Of a stretch of 7,539 nt of DNA, positions 1 through 5,367 are shown one piece after another. The number at the start of each line of letters is the position of its first letter. The first letter of the stretch is position 1. Where the stretch lies: positions 1-7,539 of the forward strand of contig PEXK01000021.1 of assembly GCA_002779075.1 (NCBI GenBank). The letters are read 5' to 3'. The position numbers were made by a program, and so were the translations under genes. Origin of the DNA: Candidatus Diapherotrites archaeon CG08_land_8_20_14_0_20_30_16. GTDB lineage: Archaea > Iainarchaeota > Iainarchaeia > Iainarchaeales > 0-14-0-20-30-16. Under the pieces are notes generated by a model. That model made no database searches. It was not told the origin of the DNA and saw only the letters and a program-made list of their open reading frames with translations.

Positions 1-485
1 GATCTATACCAAAAATTGTTTTGATGGTTTGGATATTTTATGCATTACCAATAACAGGAATAAATATTCCTGCTTTTGAAACAGCAACAATTGCATTAAT
101 TCTTGTTGCAACAGCATTTGTTTCAGAAATTGTTAGGTCTGGTATTGAAGCAATACCCAAAGGACAAATAGAATCTGCTAAAATTTTGGGTTATACAAAA
201 ATACAAGTAATAAGATATATTATTTTACCTCAAGTATTTATGAGAAATATGCCTCAAATAATAAATGAATTTGCAACAATAATGAAAGACACAACGTTAG
301 CTGTGATAATTGGAGTAAATGAATTGCTACACAACATATCTAATGCAGCAGTATTAAGTTACAGGCCTTTGGAATTATATACTATTTTGGGCATACTCTT
401 TTTGGCAATTATTTTACCAATAACAATATTGAGTAAAAAATTAGAGTTTAAAGAAAGAATTAAAAAAAGATTTGTAAGAACTTAA
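1..485 (+). CDS. Amino-acid ABC transporter permease (polar amino acid uptake family, HisM/GlnP-like), C-terminal part; 5' end lies outside the window
   Basis: Frame 3 is open from base 3 (SIPKIVL precedes the track Met at 21), so the window edge truncates the CDS. It carries the EAA-loop signature of ABC importer permeases (SGIEAIPKGQIESAKILGYTKIQVIRYIILPQ), flanked by hydrophobic TM segments. Stop TAA at 483-485. Confidence 0.85.
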   Translation, partial: SIPKIVLMVWIFYALPITGINIPAFETATIALILVATAFVSEIVRSGIEAIPKGQIESAKILGYTKIQVIRYIILPQVFMRNMPQIINEFATIMKDTTLAVIIGVNELLHNISNAAVLSYRPLELYTILGILFLAIILPITILSKKLEFKERIKKRFVRT

Positions 486-512
486 AGCTCAAACAAATCT
501 TCTAGCTTTTTT
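484..512 (+). terminator. Possible termination signal after the permease gene: 6-bp hairpin plus T6 run
   Basis: AAAGCT (484-489) pairs with AGCTTT (504-509) across a 14-nt loop. A T6 run follows at 507-512. Oligo-T tracts are the known archaeal termination signal; a role for the stem is inference. Confidence 0.3.
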
Positions 513-610
513 GCTTTTAATGCAACTTTTAGAGCAAAGCCTAACTCTAAACTAGGATTGTAATTTTCAATATTATTATTCATATTAATTAACATATAAA
601 ATTATGTTGT

Positions 611-1042
611 TTAATGGGATAGATCTAAATAATAATTTGTAAAGGCTCTTATTAAAACTGCTGCTAACAATGCTGCAACAAGAAAGTAATCTACTTCCAA
701 AGGGATATTCTGCAATGCACTTGTAATTGATTGATATAAAATACCTACAATCAAAACGCCAAGCAGAACCCATAATGCATTTCTGTCAGCAATAGCTTCA
801 TGTTTTTTGTCTCTTTCATCTTTCTTTAATTTTAACATTATATGTATAACATCAGCCAATAATATTGCTATCCAAATTGTTGTTACAATTAATTTTATGT
901 GAAGGGACCAAAAAGGAATTAACTGGAAAATTGCAAATATTGCTATAAAAATAATTATGTAAACCCAACCTTGCCAAGTTTTAGGATATATTCCCCACCC
1001 TAAATACTTTCTTCTTGTAAACCATTCTGGCTTCCCAATCAT
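611..1042 (-). CDS. Hypothetical integral membrane protein, about 4 predicted TM helices
   Basis: 143-aa ORF starting at ATG 1042, preceded by GTGATGATGAT (SD-like). It has four hydrophobic stretches (WVYIIIFIAIFAIFQLIPF, LIVTTIWIAILLADVIHIML, ALWVLLGVLIVGILYQSI, YFLVAALLAAVLIRAF) and a charged central loop KKDERDKKHEAIADR. I cannot assign a family with confidence. Confidence 0.6.
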   Translation of the reverse strand: MIGKPEWFTRRKYLGWGIYPKTWQGWVYIIIFIAIFAIFQLIPFWSLHIKLIVTTIWIAILLADVIHIMLKLKKDERDKKHEAIADRNALWVLLGVLIVGILYQSITSALQNIPLEVDYFLVAALLAAVLIRAFTNYYLDLSH

Positions 1043-1095
1043 CTAATCATCATCACAAAATATACAGTTTTTATTACATTTAATAGTGCAAACAG

Positions 1096-1124
1096 TTTAA
1101 AAAGGGATTTTATCTTATTTATAT
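1096..1124 (+). promoter_or_regulatory. Candidate archaeal TATA elements upstream of the MBL-fold hydrolase gene
   Basis: TTTAAAAA at 1096-1103 is centred about 25 nt before ATG 1125, which would fit a leaderless transcript. A second A/T box, TTATTTATATAT (1114-1125), sits about 26 nt before the second Met at 1146. No convincing SD precedes either ATG. Confidence 0.3.
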
Positions 1125-1928
1125 ATGTATTCTTTGTTAAAAAAGATGAAGAAAGCTATTTGTAAAAAACATGCAAAAACAGATGAGCTAGAAAAAGAAA
1201 ATATAAAAGAGAGCATCAGAATAACTAAAAATAATACCATTACTATTAAAAAAATATTTCATTCTACCTTTTTAATAACATATCCTGATGGAATTACTGT
1301 TTTAACAGACCCTTATTTTAATAACATTTCCATGGGTAGTTTAAAATTGGCAGAAACAAATAACACAAAAAAAGAATCTTTGCCCAAAATAGATATTATT
1401 CTAATTAGCCACGAACATTTTGATCATTTTGATAAAGAAGCAATAAAATTTTTTGTTGAAAGAGATAAATGTATTGTTATTGGACCATTAGAAGTTACAA
1501 AAGAATTGGAACTCCAAAAAAATGAAGAAAGGACAGTAAAGGTGGATGATGAAATTGTGGTAGCAACAATAAAAATTAAAGTGGTACCTGCACAACATCA
1601 TCAATCATTTTATCCTGTTGGATTCGTATTAGAAAAAGACAATAAAAAAATTTATTTTGCGGGAGATACTAATACCTTACCAAATATTGTAAAAGACATA
1701 AACCTAGCAATTATGCCTTGTGGCGGAATTTTCACAAGCGATTTGTTTGAATTTATATCGATGGTCAGACAATTAAAGTGCGAAATTGCAATTCCTATGC
1801 ATTACAACACTTTTGAAATAATAAAAATAGATTGTGAAAAACTAAAAGTAAGGTGTGAAGAAAAACTAAAAAATAGTTGTGTCAAGATTCTGGAAAATGG
1901 AGAATCTATGCAAATAAAAATAGAGTAG
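1125..1928 (+). CDS. Metallo-beta-lactamase (MBL) fold metal-dependent hydrolase with a Lys-rich N-terminal extension
   Basis: Canonical HxHxDH motif in IDIILISHEHFDHFD. Downstream candidate metal ligands lie in PAQHH, FAGDT and IPMHYNTF. The core begins at IKKIFHSTFLITYPDGITVLTDPYF, like short UPF0173-type MBL proteins. The start could be ATG 1125 or ATG 1146. Confidence 0.85.
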   Translation: MYSLLKKMKKAICKKHAKTDELEKENIKESIRITKNNTITIKKIFHSTFLITYPDGITVLTDPYFNNISMGSLKLAETNNTKKESLPKIDIILISHEHFDHFDKEAIKFFVERDKCIVIGPLEVTKELELQKNEERTVKVDDEIVVATIKIKVVPAQHHQSFYPVGFVLEKDNKKIYFAGDTNTLPNIVKDINLAIMPCGGIFTSDLFEFISMVRQLKCEIAIPMHYNTFEIIKIDCEKLKVRCEEKLKNSCVKILENGESMQIKIE

Positions 1929-1941
1929 AAAGATCTACTCT
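1922..1941. terminator. Hairpin between convergent genes that includes both stop codons; candidate bidirectional terminator
   Basis: AGAGTAGA (1922-1929) pairs with TCTACTCT (1934-1941), giving an 8-bp stem and a 4-nt loop AAGA. TAG of the hydrolase (1926-1928) pairs with CTA (1935-1937), the complement of the pfdB stop. T-rich runs follow on both strands: TTCTTTTTT at 1942-1950 on plus, and TTTTTATTT on minus just left of the stem. Confidence 0.4.
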
Positions 1942-2285
1942 TCTTTTTTGGCATCTTTCTTAGCCATTTCAGCATTTAATTTGGCTTGTAATTCCTGAAC
2001 TTTTTTAGACAATACTTCTTCTGTCTTTTCTAAAGTCTTAATTCTTATGTTGAGAGTTTCTATTTCTGATTCCAAATCTTGAATTAATTTTCCCTTTTCA
2101 ACTTTCAACATTACAAAACCTAAATTTTTATATGCTGAATCTTCTTTGCTCTCTTTTAATTCTTCTATTGCATTCTGTGTACTATCAATTAACATTTTTA
2201 TTTGTGTTTTTTGTGTGTTCAAACTAGACAACTGTGCATTATATTGATTAAATGCAACAAAATCTTCATTACTTATATTAGCCAT
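1935..2285 (-). CDS. pfdB: Prefoldin beta subunit
   Basis: About 116 aa of coiled coil, beta hairpin, coiled coil (QLSSLNTQKTQIKML...AYKNLGFVMLKVEKGKLIQDLESEIETLNIRIKTLEK). The size fits the beta class rather than alpha. It is the last gene of the exosome superoperon. The track ORF starts at TTG 2300; I prefer ATG 2285 because AGGTGAT lies 4 nt upstream. Confidence 0.85.
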   Translation of the reverse strand: MANISNEDFVAFNQYNAQLSSLNTQKTQIKMLIDSTQNAIEELKESKEDSAYKNLGFVMLKVEKGKLIQDLESEIETLNIRIKTLEKTEEVLSKKVQELQAKLNAEMAKKDAKKEE

Positions 2286-2296
2286 CACTATCACCT

Positions 2297-2548
2297 TCAA
2301 ATATCTTTTTCATTTTTTGCTAATTTTTGATCTAATTCAGAAAACATTCTAAGCTTCAATAAAATTGCATTTATTGATGCCCTCACAGATGTAAAATCTT
2401 CTGAACTGATTTTAAAAATCAATTTCTCCCCTTTTTGGGTAATTTTTATATCTGCTCTTCCTTTTTCAAACAAATCATGAACTATTGCGTTATACATCTC
2501 TTTTGTTTTTTTGCCGTCAACATCCAATGTTAATACTATTTTTGCCAT
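2297..2548 (-). CDS. pcc1: KEOPS complex subunit Pcc1 (CTAG/Pcc1 family)
   Basis: Small protein with the Pcc1 pattern RADIKITQKGEKLIFKISSEDFTSVRASINAILLKLRMF, comparable to the archaeal Pcc1 segment ...ILDIKATDSSALRGTVNSYLRWI recalled from memory. It sits in the conserved position before pfdB. The start is ambiguous: GTG 2557 (track) or ATG 2548. Confidence 0.7.
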   Translation of the reverse strand: MAKIVLTLDVDGKKTKEMYNAIVHDLFEKGRADIKITQKGEKLIFKISSEDFTSVRASINAILLKLRMFSELDQKLAKNEKDI

Positions 2549-2608
2549 AAATGTCACTTACACCCTAGCAACACACAAATTATACTGTTTAATGGGTAAA
2601 TATTCTGT

Positions 2609-3085
2609 TTAGTGTGTAAAGGATAGATCAAATGCGGGGCCTATTTCTTTTTTACCCCAATATATTGAAAGACCATTTTTTATATCTTTAACAACAAATT
2701 CGGAATCTTCATTTTCTTCGACATCTAAAAATTTTAATAAATTTAATAGTGCAATATTCTTTGATTCTAATTTAAAATCTTTAATTCTAATATTCTGAGT
2801 GTCGCTGATTTCTGATTTCGTAACTAAAATCTTAATAAAATAGGCTTCTTTCCATTCCCAAATTTTATTATTAACTTCCATTACTAACAATTGCCTTGGA
2901 TTACCATCTTTTTCTGTTATTATTAACACAAATCTAACACCATTATATCTTGCATCAGCAATTAAACCACTTATTGATGTTTTGCCTCGAGTAATATATT
3001 CTGCATCAAAAAGAAATGACAATTGTTTAGCCAATGCCCTTACTCTTGTACTTGGTTTTCTTGATGTTGTTATATAATTTGCCAT
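2609..3085 (-). CDS. Brix-domain ribosome biogenesis protein (Imp4-like)
   Basis: The N-terminus ITTSRKPSTRVRALAKQLSFLF...RGK is the characteristic archaeal Brix/Imp4 opening. Length is 158 aa and the gene holds the conserved superoperon position after rpoP. ATG 3085 is preceded by AAGTGATTTTT. Confidence 0.85.
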   Translation of the reverse strand: MANYITTSRKPSTRVRALAKQLSFLFDAEYITRGKTSISGLIADARYNGVRFVLIITEKDGNPRQLLVMEVNNKIWEWKEAYFIKILVTKSEISDTQNIRIKDFKLESKNIALLNLLKFLDVEENEDSEFVVKDIKNGLSIYWGKKEIGPAFDLSFTH

Positions 3086-3139
3086 AAAAAATCACTTATA
3101 TGTTTTATGGATGTGTTACTAAGGTTTTAACTTGTAACA
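3086..3139 (-). repeat. Leader module copy 1 (upstream of the Brix gene): hairpin TGTTAC/GTAACA, then CATAAAA, then AAGTGATTTTT-ATG
   Basis: Minus-sense sequence: CTTTGTTACAAGTTAAAACCTTAGTAACACATCCATAAAACATATAAGTGATTTTTATG. The stem pairs 3114-3119 with 3134-3139 (6 bp). It extends by 3 bp (3121-3123 with 3131-3133) if T3120 is bulged. Confidence 0.4.
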
Positions 3140-3151
3140 AAGGCCATAAAA

Positions 3152-3289
3152 TCATTCCGCACGAACTGTTTTTACAACATCTGGCCTTACTTTCTCTATT
3201 ACTCTAAAAGAACAATAAGGACATCTTACTGGCCCTTCTAATAAACCATCAAATTCTTTGCCACATCTAACACATTTATACTTGGTCAT
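3152..3289 (-). CDS. rpoP: DNA-directed RNA polymerase subunit P (Rpo12/RpoP), 45-aa zinc ribbon; absent from the supplied ORF track
   Basis: Hand translation of the minus strand gives MTKYKCVRCGKEFDGLLEGPVRCPYCSFRVIEKVRPDVVKTVRAE, then TGA. It has the CxxC...CxxC zinc ribbon and the RCPYC motif seen in characterised archaeal RpoP. ATG 3289 is preceded by GGAAAGTGATTTT. It lies in the expected position between rpl37ae and the Brix gene. Confidence 0.8.
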   Translation of the reverse strand: MTKYKCVRCGKEFDGLLEGPVRCPYCSFRVIEKVRPDVVKTVRAE

Positions 3290-3359
3290 AAAATCACTTT
3301 CCATTTTATGAAACTGTTGTAAATTTCTATCAACGTGTTGCTAACTTGCGTTTGCAACA
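3290..3359 (-). repeat. Leader module copy 2 (upstream of rpoP): hairpin TGTTGC/GCAACA, then CATAAAA, then AAGTGATTTT-ATG
   Basis: Minus-sense sequence: AAATGTTGCAAACGCAAGTTAGCAACACGTTGATAGAAATTTACAACAGTTTCATAAAATGGAAAGTGATTTTATG. The stem pairs 3336-3341 with 3354-3359 (6 bp). Relative to copy 1, one stem pair is changed on both arms (A-T to G-C). Confidence 0.4.
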
Positions 3360-3420
3360 TTTTGTAAATGATTTCGCATCAAGGATAGAAATCATATACA
3401 CTTGGAAGAAATTTAGCAAC
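3336..3420 (-). other. Candidate structured RNA segment within the rpl37ae-rpoP spacer (nested and competing helices)
   Basis: An 8-bp long-range helix pairs 3337-3344 (GTTGCTAA on plus) with 3413-3420 (TTAGCAAC). It encloses an 8-bp hairpin, 3368-3375 (ATGATTTC) with 3388-3395 (GAAATCAT), loop 12 nt. The local hairpin 3336-3341/3354-3359 uses the same GTTGC bases as the long-range helix, so the two are mutually exclusive. Confidence 0.35.
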
Positions 3421-3454
3421 TGGGTCATAAATACCCCTTATTATTTAATACCCT

Positions 3455-3724
3455 TTATTTCCTAGTAGAAACTATAGCTTTACCAGTTTTATCAAATAAT
3501 TTATTGATTATTGTTGTTTTTGTCAAAGTCTCTGGCTCATAAGCACCACCAGCAAACTTCTTATCACAATTTTTACATTTGAAAACACCAGGAGATTCTC
3601 TTTTAACAGATTCTTTTCCACAATATGGACAAATCTGATTTTTATATTTGTACTTGGCCTCAACAGCCATAACTCTTTTTCTCACTTTAGAACCATATCT
3701 TGAACCAAACGATCCAGTAGTCAT
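3455..3724 (-). CDS. rpl37ae: Large-subunit ribosomal protein eL43 (L37Ae)
   Basis: SFGSRYGSKVRKRVMAVEAKYK...CPYCGKESVKRESPGVFKCKNCDKKFAGGAYEP is the L37Ae zinc-ribbon signature with all four Cys present. The track ORF starts at GTG 3757. I prefer ATG 3724 (MTTGSFGSRYG), which is preceded by GAGGGATGGAAG. Confidence 0.9.
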   Translation of the reverse strand: MTTGSFGSRYGSKVRKRVMAVEAKYKYKNQICPYCGKESVKRESPGVFKCKNCDKKFAGGAYEPETLTKTTIINKLFDKTGKAIVSTRK

Positions 3725-3761
3725 CTTCCATCCCTCTTTTAACACATTAGACAGCACAGAA

Positions 3762-3770
3762 TTTTATATA
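3762..3770 (-). promoter_or_regulatory. Possible internal TATA box upstream of rpl37ae
   Basis: Minus-sense TATATAAAA lies in the 82-nt rrp42-rpl37ae gap, about 39-46 nt upstream of ATG 3724. That spacing would leave a short SD-containing leader. This is sequence resemblance only. Confidence 0.25.
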
Positions 3771-3806
3771 TTGATTGTGTATTGAATTATTATACAATAA
3801 ATATGT

Positions 3807-4616
3807 TTAGTGTGCAGATTTAGATTTTAAAATTTTGTTGAATTTTAAGAAAACATCATCGTAATTTTTTATTGCTGTACTAGCCATATTCTTAACTTCA
3901 TCAATCTTGAAAGCGCCATGTAACCCTTTTTGTATTGCAACTAAATTTTTATCTTCTGTTATTGCAACAGAAAACCTAGCATCAGAGGCACATTCTTCAA
4001 TCAAATCAGGATCCAAAACTATTTTGTCACCAATTTTTGCAAAAGTAAAAAGAATTGGATTTTTAAGCAATTCCAAATGTCCATCATATTCCTCTTTAAC
4101 TACTTTGAATTCATCATCCAATTTAGGAATCTTTGCACATTTTAAAGCAGCTAAAGCACAAAGTTCACAAGCATCAAATAAATTTCCATCATTGTTTATA
4201 ATATAAATATCAATGTAAACACACCAAATCTTCTCGCCTTCTTTTATGCAAAGTTTTTTGAAATCTAATCCTTTTGATTCTCTTATTGATCTGTCAACAA
4301 CTCTTGACAACTCAATCGAATCTTCACTGGGAGGACCAGAACCAAAATTAGGATCAGACATTGGACTCAATTCAATACCAACACTTATTGATCCTTCGTC
4401 AGGAGTGTCCGGGTATGGTGTTTCAGGCATAATTTTTATTCCTGCAACAACTTTTGTTTTTCCCAAAGTTAAAATTGCAGAACCATTTGCATTTTGCAAA
4501 GTATTTAATTCTATAGAAATATCTCTCGAATCAAACATTTTTCTTTTAGACAAGCGTTTATCATTAAAAAGTTCTTGTTTAACCAATTCAGATTCATATT
4601 TATATTCTTGCATCAT
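3807..4616 (-). CDS. rrp42: Exosome complex component Rrp42 (RNase PH-like, predicted non-catalytic)
   Basis: RNase PH-fold motifs: SRDISIELNTLQNANGSAILTLGKTKVVAGIKI and NNDGNLFDACELCALAALKCAKIP. I see no GTR-type phosphate motif. It immediately follows rrp41. The track start is TTG 4640; I prefer ATG 4616, which has GGTGAT 5 nt upstream and lies 1 nt after the rrp41 stop. Confidence 0.9.
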   Translation of the reverse strand: MMQEYKYESELVKQELFNDKRLSKRKMFDSRDISIELNTLQNANGSAILTLGKTKVVAGIKIMPETPYPDTPDEGSISVGIELSPMSDPNFGSGPPSEDSIELSRVVDRSIRESKGLDFKKLCIKEGEKIWCVYIDIYIINNDGNLFDACELCALAALKCAKIPKLDDEFKVVKEEYDGHLELLKNPILFTFAKIGDKIVLDPDLIEECASDARFSVAITEDKNLVAIQKGLHGAFKIDEVKNMASTAIKNYDDVFLKFNKILKSKSAH

Positions 4617-4617
4617 T

Positions 4618-5361
4618 TCAATCACCACTGTTAAAATCAACGCTGTATTTTTCTTTTAATGCACTAACTTGCAGTTCTCTTATTTCTTGACAATTCTTTT
4701 TTGCAATATCTAAACATTCGTAGAATTCTTTTTCTGTTAATACACCATCCATTTGCAATAAAACAATATCATTATTATTTGGGAGCATTGCAATTGGCAG
4801 ATCAACAGCATCTGAAGCATCTTCTTCATGTTTGTTCATATCAGCAATTAATTTGCCGCCGGCTTTTCCAACTGCTATTCCAGAAACCAAATCTTTCATT
4901 GGCAAACCAGCATCTGCTAAAGCTAAACTTGCAGCAAGCAAAGCAGTAATTCTTGTACCTGCGTTACTATCGAAAATTGTTACAAAAATATCTATTGCAG
5001 TATTTGGATACTGTTCCAAATCAACACTGTGACTAAGTGCTTCGCCAGAAACTTTAGATATTTCTATTTCCCTTCTTCCAGGCTTTGGATTTTTTCTGTC
5101 AGGCACAGAAAAAGGGGCCATTCTATAATAATATCTTATTGTTGCTTTGTTTGCATCTGCTAAATGTTTTGGCAACATTTCTCTAGGCCCATAAACAGCA
5201 GCAATTGCTTTATTTTGACCCCACTCAACATAAGCAGAACCATCTGATCTTTCAATTACCCCTACTTTCAATGTTATTGGCCTAATTTCAAACTGGCTTC
5301 TACCATCGAATCTTTTTCCTTTTTCATCAAAATACACAACTTCATCTTTTTTCTTAGACAT
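4618..5361 (-). CDS. rrp41: Exosome complex exonuclease Rrp41 (RNase PH-type phosphorolytic subunit)
   Basis: RNase PH motifs: FDGRSQFEIRPITLKVGV, DGSAYVEWGQNKAIAAVYGPRE, SNAGTRITALLAASLALADAG. The acidic segment HEEDASDAVDLPIAM corresponds to the catalytic Asp region of characterised archaeal Rrp41 (recalled, not aligned). ATG 5361 is preceded by GGAGTAGGT. Confidence 0.92.
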   Translation of the reverse strand: MSKKKDEVVYFDEKGKRFDGRSQFEIRPITLKVGVIERSDGSAYVEWGQNKAIAAVYGPREMLPKHLADANKATIRYYYRMAPFSVPDRKNPKPGRREIEISKVSGEALSHSVDLEQYPNTAIDIFVTIFDSNAGTRITALLAASLALADAGLPMKDLVSGIAVGKAGGKLIADMNKHEEDASDAVDLPIAMLPNNNDIVLLQMDGVLTEKEFYECLDIAKKNCQEIRELQVSALKEKYSVDFNSGD

Positions 5362-5367
5362 ATTTAC

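Noticed and set aside
104-113. Perfect 10-bp palindrome TGTTGCAACA in the permease CDS, and a GTTGC-N10-GCAAC inverted repeat in psmA (7083-7102), both resembling the leader hairpin arms
   Set aside because: Both are explained by Val-Ala-Thr coding (GTT GCA ACA) under the local codon bias. They also show that the arm words are common here, which tempers the significance of the intergenic hairpins.
482-583. 33-aa minus-strand ORF (MNNNIENYNPSLELGFALKVALKAKKLEDLFEL) in the convergent gap downstream of the membrane protein gene
   Set aside because: It has no SD and no recognisable family. It overlaps the permease stop codon and the putative terminator hairpin. Random ORFs of this size are expected in this DNA.
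585-773. 62-aa minus-strand ORF overlapping the 3' half of the membrane protein gene in another frame
   Set aside because: It is out of frame and overlaps the longer, clearly membrane-like ORF 611-1042. There are no motifs and no SD.
2566-2575. TAGCAACACA in the brix-pcc1 spacer, resembling the TTAGYAACAC arm of the leader hairpins
   Set aside because: It is a half-site only, on the opposite strand relative to the operon, and I found no complementary TGTTGC partner nearby.
3286-3428. Two small minus-strand ORFs in the rpl37ae-rpoP spacer. One is 3330-3428 (32 aa, MTQLLNFFQVYMISILDAKSFTKCCKRKLATR, preceded by AAGGGGT). The other is 3286-3360 (24 aa, MLQTQVSNTLIEIYNSFIKWKVIL), ending in an ATGA overlap with rpoP.
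   Set aside because: Neither resembles any family I know, both are very short, and both run through the predicted helices. The first has an SD-like motif and the second has coupling-style overlap, so they are not impossible. Without conservation or Ribo-seq data I cannot support them as genes.
3290-3454. C/D-box or H/ACA-box sRNA, or a tRNA, in the long spacer
   Set aside because: I found no canonical C box (RUGAUGA) paired with a D box (CUGA) on either strand, only near-misses (ATGATTT, TTGATGC). ACA triplets follow the 3368-3395 hairpin on both strands, but there is no pseudouridylation pocket or K-turn architecture. There is no GTTCRA T-loop or cloverleaf.
3907-5032. Plus-strand track ORFs 3907-4206, 4246-4659, 4701-4949 and 4832-5032, antisense to rrp42 and rrp41
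   Set aside because: They lie entirely opposite strongly supported RNase PH-family genes. Their translations are low-complexity (Ser/Leu/Ile/Phe/Gln-rich) with no motifs or SD. They are typical shadow ORFs in AT-rich DNA.
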